Shown here piece by piece: positions 46,801 through 55,933 of a DNA stretch of 64,000 bases. Every line of letters begins with the position of its first letter. The stretch's first letter is position 1. The DNA is from Nitrospira sp. GTDB lineage: Bacteria; Nitrospirota; Nitrospiria; Nitrospirales; Nitrospiraceae. The stretch spans positions 3,437,237 to 3,501,236 of the forward strand of contig CP126123.1 in the NCBI GenBank assembly GCA_030123605.1, read 5' to 3'. The notes beneath the pieces are model-generated. The model searched no databases and was not told where the DNA came from. It worked only from the letters and a program-made list of their open reading frames with translations. Made by a program: the position numbers and the translations under genes.

Positions 46801-48276
46801 TTACAATACATATTGGAATCGAGTGAAGATTTCGTAGATATGCCGTTCGACCCCCGTCGCCTGGGTTCGGTTTGCCAAGAAACTCCCCATGAAGGCATGG
46901 GCGGCGCCTACGTCCAGGTTGAGATTCTTGGCGAGGTTGTAGGTCAACATGGCGCCGTTCTCCGTCCCCATGTATGTAGAACCACCACGGGTTCCAAAAT
47001 CGCGCGACCTGGCGGCCGAGAAGTAGGCGCTTTCCAAGGTGCCGGTCAGTTTGGGCACGATGGGGAATTTCAGCTGTCCTTGTACGGTCCAGAGTCCGGC
47101 CCCTCCGTTATTGAGGTTCGTCCCGAAATCGTTCACGTCGCCCGGTGCATTGGCATTGAAAATGTGTGAATAGCCCCAATAGCCGTTGGTGCCGAGAATG
47201 GCTTCCGGGGTCGTGAACTGGTTGGCGGTGTATCCGGCCTTGTCGCCCGAGGCGTACAGCATGAAGAGATTCACAGTCGTGGCTCCGATCGGCAGACTGC
47301 CTTCGAACTTTCCCGAATAGCCGGTATGGTTGTTGCCGGTCAACCCGGTTCCGATACGGCCGGTATTGAGCATAAGGTAACCGTTCCAAGCCCCGATTCC
47401 GAACAGCGATCCCGACGCCGTCAGAGCCGCCCAATGTTCATGGGTGTCGCCGATGTCGATGTTCTCGGTCTTGCCGAGGTTCATCGTATAGTAGTGCCCG
47501 CCGACTTTCAGATCGTAGCCGCCCATTGTGATCGGCTTGTTGTAATCCACGACCCACATGTCGCCGTTCTTGCCGAATCCCGTCCCGATCGTGCCGGCTT
47601 TCAAGTCCGAGGCAAAGCGGTAAAACCCGACTCGATAGTCGCCGTCGCCGATTTTTCCACCGAGCGCCGCGCCGCCCACGAAGAAATCCCATTCACCGTC
47701 CCAGAGCACCCGCCCGACCTGGTCCATGGTGGGGAGAATGCCCACGACCAAGGTGTGGTTTTCGATCGGCGTCACATAGATGTACCCGTAACGAATCCCA
47801 CGCGCCTGGAGGCGGTTGAACGCGTTGGGCGTTCCATCGACATTGGCGCCCGATTCTCCGCGCGGATCGCTCGCAGCGGGGCTCGATCCTCCGAATCCGC
47901 CGCGATATTCCATCTGGAAATAGCCGCCGACATTGTCGGAACCCTTGGGGCGAATGTCGAAGGCCAGCCGCATGCGTTGCCGCGCAAAATCATAGCCCGT
48001 CGTATCGCCGAAGTTAAGCCGCCCCGGGCCTGTTCCGGCCGAGGGTAATGATCCGCTGTTGACTCCGCTCGGAATGTTGCTCGCGTTGAACATGATCCGA
48101 TACTGAGCCCAGACGCGCAGGCGGATGTTCTCGATCGGCACGGCGTAGGCATTTTCGTTGGCCGGTTCCGGGAAGGGGATCTGATCGGCGCAGGCGGAGG
48201 TTGTCACGAGGAAGTGCGCCCCATTCAGAATAATTATCAGCGCAAGGAATGCGAGGTTCAGTTGCTGGTTCTTCAT
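46801..48276 (-). CDS. Outer-membrane beta-barrel/porin-like protein
   Basis: Sec signal; alternating amphipathic beta-strands rich in G/Y/F/N; C-terminal IFTRFQYVL. Confidence 0.75.
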   Translation of the reverse strand: MKNQQLNLAFLALIIILNGAHFLVTTSACADQIPFPEPANENAYAVPIENIRLRVWAQYRIMFNASNIPSGVNSGSLPSAGTGPGRLNFGDTTGYDFARQRMRLAFDIRPKGSDNVGGYFQMEYRGGFGGSSPAASDPRGESGANVDGTPNAFNRLQARGIRYGYIYVTPIENHTLVVGILPTMDQVGRVLWDGEWDFFVGGAALGGKIGDGDYRVGFYRFASDLKAGTIGTGFGKNGDMWVVDYNKPITMGGYDLKVGGHYYTMNLGKTENIDIGDTHEHWAALTASGSLFGIGAWNGYLMLNTGRIGTGLTGNNHTGYSGKFEGSLPIGATTVNLFMLYASGDKAGYTANQFTTPEAILGTNGYWGYSHIFNANAPGDVNDFGTNLNNGGAGLWTVQGQLKFPIVPKLTGTLESAYFSAARSRDFGTRGGSTYMGTENGAMLTYNLAKNLNLDVGAAHAFMGSFLANRTQATGVERHIYEIFTRFQYVL

Positions 48277-48386
48277 GCCGCCCTTTCTTTCGATCTGCCG
48301 GGTATGTATATCAACATATCTCAATGTATCGATGTCATGGCCGGGAGAATCCGACCGTCGCGTTTTGCAACCCCTGTGATTGAGAA

Positions 48387-49538
48387 TTAAGAGCCCGAGG
48401 AGGATCTCGTGAGCACCCACTCGACAAGGAGATAGGCCGCACCGGCAAAGAAGGCGCTTGCCGGGAGGGTGACGACCCAGGCCAACAACATGTCCCGCAC
48501 GGTTCGCCATTGGATCGTGCGCCAGCCGCGCAGGAAGCCGATCCCGATAATGGCGCTGCTACTGAGATGCGTGGTGGAAACCGGCAGGCCGAGCGTCGCA
48601 GACGTAAGCACCAGAGATGAGGTCGTCACATTGGCCGAGAGTCCTTCGATGTGGTCCATTTTCGTGACCTTCTCCGCCAGGACCTCCGTCACCCGCCGGC
48701 CGCCCCAATAGCTTCCCAGCCCCATGGCAAGGGTGGCTCCGCCGAAGGTCGTAACTTGCAGCAGTGGGCTCGGCCACGTAGCGACGCCGCTTCCGAGCAA
48801 CAGGATGGCGGCGATCTTGGGGGTATCGTTGGCTCCCCTGGCAAAGGCCGTGAGACCGCTCGATAACCAATGCAGACTGTCCAGACCGATCACGAACCCT
48901 TTCAGCCCCTCACGCTCACACTGGGCCGGGACCGCCGCGATCGGTGTCCGGAATCCAGTCGCTTGATAGAGCGTTCTCGTGCCACCTTGTGCATCGACCA
49001 TGATGAGCGCGCGGTAGGTGGGCGTGAGGCACAGACAGGAACCTTTCCACCTGGTTGCCATGCGTTTGATCAACGGATAGAACAGGAGCGCGACCACGAG
49101 GGCAAAGAGCGGACTTAACAAGAGAGGTAATCCGATCTTCTTCACGAGACTCGACCAGATCAATTGCTCGAAGCCGTAGGCTAAAAGGCCGGTTCCTACC
49201 AATGATCCCATCAATGCATGGGTGGTCGAAACGGGCAGGCCTGTTTTTGATGCCAACAGCACCCAGGCTACGGAGCCGGTGAGGACCGAAATTGCCAGCG
49301 ACGGTTGGATGGTGGCTTGTGTCGGTAAAAATCCTGTGCTGAAGGTCTTCACCATGGCGGTTGCGAGGAAAGCCGACAATCCTGCGCCGGCGATCGTCCA
49401 ACAGGTTCCCCACACGATGGCGGTGCCGTAGTTCGTGACCCCGCTCCCCACGAGGGTGGCGATGGACTTCGATACATCGTTCGTGCCGTTTGCGAATGCG
49501 AGCAAGAGCACAAGTATGAAGGTGAACGTGGTCAGCAT
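48387..49538 (-). CDS. PiT (inorganic phosphate transporter) family protein
   Basis: Two PiT signatures ANGTNDVSKSIAT and ARGANDTPK; two PVSTTH motifs. Confidence 0.9.
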   Translation of the reverse strand: MLTTFTFILVLLLAFANGTNDVSKSIATLVGSGVTNYGTAIVWGTCWTIAGAGLSAFLATAMVKTFSTGFLPTQATIQPSLAISVLTGSVAWVLLASKTGLPVSTTHALMGSLVGTGLLAYGFEQLIWSSLVKKIGLPLLLSPLFALVVALLFYPLIKRMATRWKGSCLCLTPTYRALIMVDAQGGTRTLYQATGFRTPIAAVPAQCEREGLKGFVIGLDSLHWLSSGLTAFARGANDTPKIAAILLLGSGVATWPSPLLQVTTFGGATLAMGLGSYWGGRRVTEVLAEKVTKMDHIEGLSANVTTSSLVLTSATLGLPVSTTHLSSSAIIGIGFLRGWRTIQWRTVRDMLLAWVVTLPASAFFAGAAYLLVEWVLTRSSSGS

Positions 49539-49588
49539 CCCAAGGAGTCGTCCATCGTCGAGGGTTCTTACGGCGCAACGCCGGGTCA

Positions 49589-49942
49589 TTAATGACTGGT
49601 GCGGCTCCGGAGAATGGTTTCTGGAAAGGTCAGTTGGCAGCAGCCGAAGTCGAGGGCCTGTGCTTTTGTCGCGGTCAATGCCCGCCGGAACTGAGGGTTG
49701 ACTCTGTAGCAAATCCGTTGCCCCTCGCGGATGCCCTCGATGAGTCCTGCATGCCGCAATATCCGGAGGTGGTGAGAAACATGCGGCTGCGATTTTTGGA
49801 GTTCGGAAACCAAATCCGTGACACATTGTTCGTGTGTCAGCAACGATTCGAGAATCCTCAGGCGGGTCTTGTCTCCCAATGCTCGTAACAGATCGGCGCA
49901 CTCGCCGGTGCTCAGGACGTCTGTGGGCGTAGATTTCACCAT
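49589..49942 (-). CDS. arsR: ArsR/SmtB family transcriptional repressor with C-terminal vicinal Cys pair
   Basis: LRALGDKTRLRIL, SQPHVSHHLRILRHAGLI wHTH; DFGCC; GGGGAGGG RBS. Confidence 0.88.
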   Translation of the reverse strand: MVKSTPTDVLSTGECADLLRALGDKTRLRILESLLTHEQCVTDLVSELQKSQPHVSHHLRILRHAGLIEGIREGQRICYRVNPQFRRALTATKAQALDFGCCQLTFPETILRSRTSH

Positions 49943-50056
49943 GGGCCACACCCTCCCCGCTTTGACGGTGTTCGCTGCAGGACCCTGTTGATTCGGACGT
50001 TCAGGGCTTGAAGTCGTATAAAAGTAACTGCATGTATCAATTAGTCGGTCTCGGAG

Positions 50057-50069
50057 TCAAATGATTTGA
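50057..50069. promoter_or_regulatory. Candidate operator palindrome TCAAAT-G-ATTTGA in the arsR/usp divergent region
   Basis: Perfect 6-1-6 inverted repeat in an AT-rich intergenic stretch; function not demonstrated. Confidence 0.3.
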
Positions 50070-50201
50070 TTCTGGGCTTCTCCAGCGGAAGGTGAACAGG
50101 ATCTATTGACCTGATTCTCGATTGTGGCGAATATGCGCCTTCGTGGCACGGAGCCTGCACCTGCCATCTACAATAATCGACCAGCCGATGGGGGACTGTC
50201 T

Positions 50202-51056
50202 ATGAAAGTGCTGATTGCGACCGATGGATCGAAGTACGGGAAGTGGGCGACGGAATGGGCGGCGCGGATGCCCTTCGCAGACAAGCCGCAGTTCACGTTG
50301 GTGCATGTGGCGGATGTCGAGGCGCTGCGCGCCCCCTTCATGTTTCAGCCGGTGGTGATCGGCAATGAGCCGTTCATTCAGGAAGAGATCAAGCGCATCG
50401 AGGCTCGCGGAAAGATCACGATGGCCGCGGCCAAGGCCCAGATGGCTTCGCTTGACATGAAGGGCAAGCTGGTCTCGGAACGTGGTCCTGTCGGCCGGAC
50501 GATCCTGAAGTTGGCGCCGCGGCGAGGCGGACTGGTGGCGCTCGGCAGCCGGGGGTTGGATGCGCTCGACCGGTTCATGCTCGGCAGCGTCTCGACGCAG
50601 GTCACCCTACATGCGCCCTGTTCGGTCCTCATCGTGAAGGAAGCGCCTCGTCCCCTGAGCCGAATTTTGTTCGCGACCGACGGCTCCAAGGCATCGGACA
50701 AGGCATTGCAATTTCTCTCGACCAAACTCCATCCGGAGGCGGGCGAAGGCCGGAAGCCGATGGAAGTCGTGGTGACCCATGTCATGCCCTTCCTCAAATA
50801 TCCGGAATTGAAAGCAGCCGGCAGCAGCCTGATTGAGCAATGCGCAAGCAAACTCGACAAGGCTGGTTATGTGGTGGACGAAGTGGTCCGGCTCGGGAAG
50901 CCGGCCGATGAGATTTTGAAGGTGGCGTCCAAAAAGAAGGTCGATCTCATTGTGACGGGAGCCAAAGGCCTGGGGGCGGTCGCACGATTTTTGCTCGGGA
51001 GTATTTCGACGAAGGTGGTTCAACACAGTGTCTGCTCGGTTCTCGTGGTTCGGTAG
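50202..51056 (+). CDS. Universal stress protein (tandem USP domains)
   Basis: VLIATDGS, GSRG..MLGSVS, ILFATDGS, GAKG..LLGSIS. Confidence 0.92.
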   Translation: MKVLIATDGSKYGKWATEWAARMPFADKPQFTLVHVADVEALRAPFMFQPVVIGNEPFIQEEIKRIEARGKITMAAAKAQMASLDMKGKLVSERGPVGRTILKLAPRRGGLVALGSRGLDALDRFMLGSVSTQVTLHAPCSVLIVKEAPRPLSRILFATDGSKASDKALQFLSTKLHPEAGEGRKPMEVVVTHVMPFLKYPELKAAGSSLIEQCASKLDKAGYVVDEVVRLGKPADEILKVASKKKVDLIVTGAKGLGAVARFLLGSISTKVVQHSVCSVLVVR

Positions 51057-51247
51057 GGGTGAGTTGTGAACGGATGTGGTTCTGAGCCCCATCGATGACG
51101 CTGTGGCATTTCACCCCGCTCTCAGGCTCCATAACGTAGCAAAAGGCTGCTACGACTTTCTCGTTCCTTTCGAAATCACGGTTCCCGCCTGGCATGGTCC
51201 CTGCTGTTCATAAGAACAATTGATGCTGCTGTCCGGGTGACTGGAGC

Positions 51248-52486
51248 ATGAAACAAGCAGCGGCTGGTCTGAGGGAGGGCCTCTGCGGAGAGCCGCGACA
51301 GGCAAAGCCTTCGCCCTGTCGCTCGGCGTTTCACCTGCTCATCTGGGTCATCCTCCTGGCGGGTGCCGGCTGTGAGCGTGATCCGCCGGCAGGACCTCCG
51401 GTCGGAAAGTTGGCCGCCAGGGCCGCCGAAGGGGTCGTGCATCTCGCCGCGCATGAAATCGCCCGAGCCGGCATCGAGGTGCGGGCGGTCAAGAAAGAGC
51501 CCTTCCCCCTCCATCGTGAGTTTCCCGCCACGGTTCAAGCCAATGAAAACGAACTCGCCGAAGTGACGACCCTCATCCGGGGGCGGGTGGTCGAGGTGTC
51601 GGTCGATGTGGGCAAGGATGTGAAAAGGGGGGAGCGCCTCGCGTTGCTCGACAGCGCCGATTTGGGCGTGGCGGAAGGGGCCTACCTCAAGGCGGCGGCC
51701 AAGCAACATGAGGCGCAACTCGTCTATGAGCGTGCGACCGATCTCCATCAACACCGGGCGATCAGCCTGGCGGAGGTGCAACGCCGGGAAGCGGAGATGA
51801 AAACCGCACGGGCGGACGCGCGGGAAGCTTCCAATCGCCTCGCGCTCCTCGGGGTGCCGACCCAGGAGATCCGACGGCTCGATCGCGAGCAGACCATCAG
51901 GTCCGATGTCGCGCTTCGGGCGCCGTTCGCGGGCCGGGTGATCATGCGCGATATTACGCGTGGCGAAGTGGTGGAGATCTCGCAGAAATGTTTCACCGTC
52001 GCCGACCTGTCCGATGTGTGGGTCGTCGGGAGCGTACCGGAGAAGGATGTGCGTTTCATCCGTCCGGACCAGACGGTCGAAGTCGCCGTTGCAGCCTATC
52101 CACATGCGCTCTGGTCGGGCACCATCACCTACATCAGCGATGTGCTCGACCCGGCGACCAGGACCATGCGGCTCCGCGTGACGGTGAAGAATCCAGACCG
52201 GATCTTGAAGCCGGAAATGTTCGCCACGGTTCATGTCTATGCTATGCCGGCTCAGGAGCTGCTGACGGTGCCGTTGGCGGCGGTGCAAAACGACGGGACA
52301 GGCAGGATCGTCTTCGTCCGCAAGGGGGAGGATCGATTCGAGCCGCGCCGAGTGGCGCTGGGAAATGAGCAGGGCGAGAACATCGCTGTGCTGGAGGGAC
52401 TGCGGCAAGGGGAGGAGGTGGTGGTGAAGGGGGCCTTTGCCCTCAAGTCGGAGGTAGAAATCCACAAGCTCGAGCCATCGCCATGA
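51248..52486 (+). CDS. RND efflux periplasmic adaptor (CzcB/CusB family)
   Basis: Lipobox-like LAGAGC; VDVGKDVKRGERLA, LRAPFAG, DLSDVWV, LDPATRT, LKPEMF. Confidence 0.92.
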   Translation: MKQAAAGLREGLCGEPRQAKPSPCRSAFHLLIWVILLAGAGCERDPPAGPPVGKLAARAAEGVVHLAAHEIARAGIEVRAVKKEPFPLHREFPATVQANENELAEVTTLIRGRVVEVSVDVGKDVKRGERLALLDSADLGVAEGAYLKAAAKQHEAQLVYERATDLHQHRAISLAEVQRREAEMKTARADAREASNRLALLGVPTQEIRRLDREQTIRSDVALRAPFAGRVIMRDITRGEVVEISQKCFTVADLSDVWVVGSVPEKDVRFIRPDQTVEVAVAAYPHALWSGTITYISDVLDPATRTMRLRVTVKNPDRILKPEMFATVHVYAMPAQELLTVPLAAVQNDGTGRIVFVRKGEDRFEPRRVALGNEQGENIAVLEGLRQGEEVVVKGAFALKSEVEIHKLEPSP

Positions 52487-55400
52487 TCGTCTCCTTGCTG
52501 GAATTCTCCCTGCGCCAACGGATCTTGATCATCGGAGTGGCTTGTCTCTGTGCGGTCGCCGGTATCGTGGCCTTCCGGTCACTTCCCATCGACGCCTATC
52601 CCGACGTCACCAACGTGCAGGTGCAGGTGCTGACGGACGCGCCGGGCCTGTCCCCGGTCGAAGTCGAACGGTTCATTACCTATCCCATCGAACTCCAGAT
52701 GACCGGATTGCCGGGATTGACGGAAATCCGCTCGCTCTCGAAGTTCGCGCTCTCACAGGTGACGGTGGTCTTCGAAGACGATGTGGATGTGTATTTCGCC
52801 CGCCAGTTGGTGCTGGAGCGGATGATGGTGGTCAAGGAGCGGCTTCCGGCCGGGGTCGATCCGGTCATGGCCCCGGTGACGACCGGGCTGGGCGAGATCT
52901 ACCAGTATTATCTTGAGGGGCCGCATGGCGCGGCGGGTGATCCGACTTTGGTCGAAACAGAGCTGACGAATCAGCGGACGCTGCAGGACTGGGTGCTCCG
53001 CCCCTTGCTCAAGGGCGTTCCCGGGGTGATCGACGTGAACGGTTTGGGCGGGTTTGTGAAGCAGTTTCAGGTGCTGGTCGATCCCGCCAAGTTGCGGAAG
53101 TACGGCCTCACCCTGCACGAGGTTTATGAATCTGTGGGAAAGAACAACGCCAATGCCGGCGGCAACGTCCTGGAGCGGCACGCAGAGCGCGCCATCGTCC
53201 GCGGGCTGGGGCTCATCAAGGCAGTCCCGGACATCGAGAGCATCATCGTCAAGGAAGCGGGCGGCACCCCGGTGTTCGTCCGCGATGTGGCGGAGGTGCG
53301 CATCGGGCATGCGGTTCGTCATGGGGCTGCGGTGTTGAACGGCGAGCGGGAGGTGGTGGCCGGCACGGTGTTGATGTTGCGCGGGGGGAACGCGCGGGAA
53401 GTCGTCCAGGCGGTGAAGCGCAGGGTGGAGTCGATCCAGCAGAGCGCGCTGCTGCCGAAGGGCCTGACGATCGTGCCGTTCTACGACCGCATCGAACTCG
53501 TGACGGCGGCCATCAATACGGTGCGTGATGCGTTGATCGAAGGGATCGTTCTGGTGACCGTGGTGTTTTTCCTGTTCCTCGGCCATGCGCGCAGCGCTAT
53601 TGTGGTCACGGCATCGCTGTTGGTGACGCCCTTGATCACCTTCTTAGTCATGCAGCGTGTGGGGCTTACCGCGAATCTTATGACGCTGGGCGGGCTGGCG
53701 ATCGGGATCGGTGAAATTGCCGACGGTTCGTTGGTCGTGGTGGAGAACATCTATCGCCATCTGTCCGAGAATCGGATCCAGCAACGATCCCGCCTCGAAG
53801 TGATTCGACGGGCGACGAGCGAAGTGGGACGACCCATCCTGTTCGGCATCCTCATCATCAGCGTCGTATTTCTGCCCTTGATGACCTTGCACGGCATGGA
53901 GGGAAAAATGTTCGCCCCCCTGGCCCATGCGCTGGTGATCTCGCTGCTGGTGTCGGTCGTCGTGACCTTGACCCTCTCGCCGGTGCTCGCATCGCTGGTG
54001 TTGCGCGGCGACCATCCTGAAGACACCAGACTGACCCTGTGGATGAAGACGCGCTATCAGCCGTTGTTGCGATGGACGCTCTCCCATCCGCTGTGGGTGC
54101 TGGCGGGATCGACTGCCATCGTGCTGGTGAGCCTGGTGCTTCTGCCGTTCGTGGGACGGGAATTCATTCCCATCTTGGAGGAAGGGGCGTTGACGCCTCA
54201 GATCGTACGGCTGCCGAGCGTGTCGTTGCAGGAGTCGATCGACATCGAGAAGCAGGCCCACAGGGCCATGCTGGAGTTTCCGGAAGTGCGGCTCGCGGTG
54301 AGCAAGATCGGGCGGCCCGATATCGCCGTCGGCCCGGAGGAACCGAACGAGAGTGACCCGATCGTCACGCTGCGCCCCCGCGACACCTGGACCACCGCAC
54401 ACAGCCAATCCGGCCTCGTCGATGCCATCAGGAAGCGACTGGCTGAGATCCCCGGCATTTCCGTCCTCATGAGCCAGCCGATTCAAGAACGGGTGGATGA
54501 GTTGATTTCCGGGATCCGGACGGAATGCGCCGTCAAACTGTTCGGCGACGACCTGGATCTGCTGTCTCAGCATGCGGAGGCGATCGCCGACTTGATGCGG
54601 ACCGTCGAGGGGGTGAAAGACGTCAAGGTCGAACAGGTGGCGGGCCAACCCTACCTGACGGTGGACATCGACCGGCAGAGAATCGCCCGATACGGAATCA
54701 ACGTGTCGGATGTGCAGGAGATCATCACGACTGCGGTGGGCGGCAAGCCTGCGACGCAGGTGTACGAAGGCGAACGCCGGTTTCAGTTGATCCTCCGGTT
54801 TCCGGAGCGCTCGCGCAACAGCATCGGGGCCATCGGGGACATCCGGGTGCGTTCGGCGTCCGGCGCGCCGATTCCGTTGAGCGAACTGGCTGCCATCGAC
54901 ATGCGGGAAGGTCCGGCGCGCATCAGCCGCGAGCAGGCGAAGCGCCGCATCTATATCGGTTTCAACGTGGTGGGGCGGGACATCGGCAGCGTCGTCGACG
55001 AAGGCCGGAGGAAACTGGCCGAACGGGTTCGCCTGCCGCAAGGGTACACGGTGACGTGGGGCGGAGCCTTTGAAAATATGGAACGGGCCAATGCGCGGCT
55101 CCTGTTCGTGGTGCCGGTCACGCTCGGGTTGGTGTTTTTTCTGTTGTTTTGGGCGTTTCATTCCCTGCGGTACGCGTCCTTGATCATGTTGAATCTGCCG
55201 TTCGCCTTGATCGGCGGGGTGTTGTCCCTGTGGCTCAGCGGCCAGTACCTGAGTGTTCCGGCCTCTATCGGTTTCATTGAGTTGTTCGGGTTGGCCGTGG
55301 GGAACGGCATCGTGCTCGTGTCGTACATCAACCAGTTGCGAAACGGAGGTCTGCACACGGAGGCGGCGATCATGACCGGTTGCCTGTTGAGGCTTCGTCC

Positions 55401-55611
55401 CGTGATCATGACCATGATGACCACCTTGCTCGGCCTATTGCCGCTGGCGTTGGCTCAGGGGATCGGCGCGGAGGTACAGCGGCCGCTGGCCACGGTCGTC
55501 GTGGGCGGCCTGTTCACCTCGACTGCGTTGACGTTGGTGGTGCTCCCGGCCCTGTATCGAAGTTTTGCCGAACCGGAGATGGTGGAGGAGCATGCGCCGG
55601 AATGGGTGTGA
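52483..55611 (+). CDS. CzcA/CusA family heavy-metal RND permease
   Basis: LPIDAYPDVTNVQVQV, NLMTLGGLAIGIG, EGKMFAPLA, RLRPVIMT, GAEVQRPLATVVVGG. Confidence 0.95.
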   Translation: MIVSLLEFSLRQRILIIGVACLCAVAGIVAFRSLPIDAYPDVTNVQVQVLTDAPGLSPVEVERFITYPIELQMTGLPGLTEIRSLSKFALSQVTVVFEDDVDVYFARQLVLERMMVVKERLPAGVDPVMAPVTTGLGEIYQYYLEGPHGAAGDPTLVETELTNQRTLQDWVLRPLLKGVPGVIDVNGLGGFVKQFQVLVDPAKLRKYGLTLHEVYESVGKNNANAGGNVLERHAERAIVRGLGLIKAVPDIESIIVKEAGGTPVFVRDVAEVRIGHAVRHGAAVLNGEREVVAGTVLMLRGGNAREVVQAVKRRVESIQQSALLPKGLTIVPFYDRIELVTAAINTVRDALIEGIVLVTVVFFLFLGHARSAIVVTASLLVTPLITFLVMQRVGLTANLMTLGGLAIGIGEIADGSLVVVENIYRHLSENRIQQRSRLEVIRRATSEVGRPILFGILIISVVFLPLMTLHGMEGKMFAPLAHALVISLLVSVVVTLTLSPVLASLVLRGDHPEDTRLTLWMKTRYQPLLRWTLSHPLWVLAGSTAIVLVSLVLLPFVGREFIPILEEGALTPQIVRLPSVSLQESIDIEKQAHRAMLEFPEVRLAVSKIGRPDIAVGPEEPNESDPIVTLRPRDTWTTAHSQSGLVDAIRKRLAEIPGISVLMSQPIQERVDELISGIRTECAVKLFGDDLDLLSQHAEAIADLMRTVEGVKDVKVEQVAGQPYLTVDIDRQRIARYGINVSDVQEIITTAVGGKPATQVYEGERRFQLILRFPERSRNSIGAIGDIRVRSASGAPIPLSELAAIDMREGPARISREQAKRRIYIGFNVVGRDIGSVVDEGRRKLAERVRLPQGYTVTWGGAFENMERANARLLFVVPVTLGLVFFLLFWAFHSLRYASLIMLNLPFALIGGVLSLWLSGQYLSVPASIGFIELFGLAVGNGIVLVSYINQLRNGGLHTEAAIMTGCLLRLRPVIMTMMTTLLGLLPLALAQGIGAEVQRPLATVVVGGLFTSTALTLVVLPALYRSFAEPEMVEEHAPEWV

Positions 55612-55620
55612 TGGTGGAAC

Positions 55621-55706
55621 GACACCGGCGGTGGTCCGTTGCTCCCGGAGCGCGCGCCCTCAGAAGGGCCTCGTTCGACGGCCGCGGTCGGACCACCACC
55701 GGTATC
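55621..55706. repeat. Family-B repeat unit enclosed in a 15-bp inverted repeat, just after the czcA-like stop
   Basis: ACCGGCGGTGGTCCG (55624-38) pairs with CGGACCACCACCGGT (55689-703), 1 mismatch; the loop holds the 25-mer shared with 20915-20939. Confidence 0.75.
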
Positions 55707-55933
55707 GTTCCTGAAGGGTGGCAGTGAGCTGCATGGGAACGTTGAAGGTGAATGGACGAGCCTTCCGGACTGTTCCGATCGATGATCTGCTCCTTGAGGT
55801 TCATCAGCCGGCGTCGATCGGCGTGCCGCTGTTCCCTGCAATCCAGCATCTCCTTGACTGTGGGAAGTGATGTAGTACAACCAGTAGGAGGAATCCATAC
55901 GGCTTTTCTTCCTTTCTTGAGATTTGCACGAGG

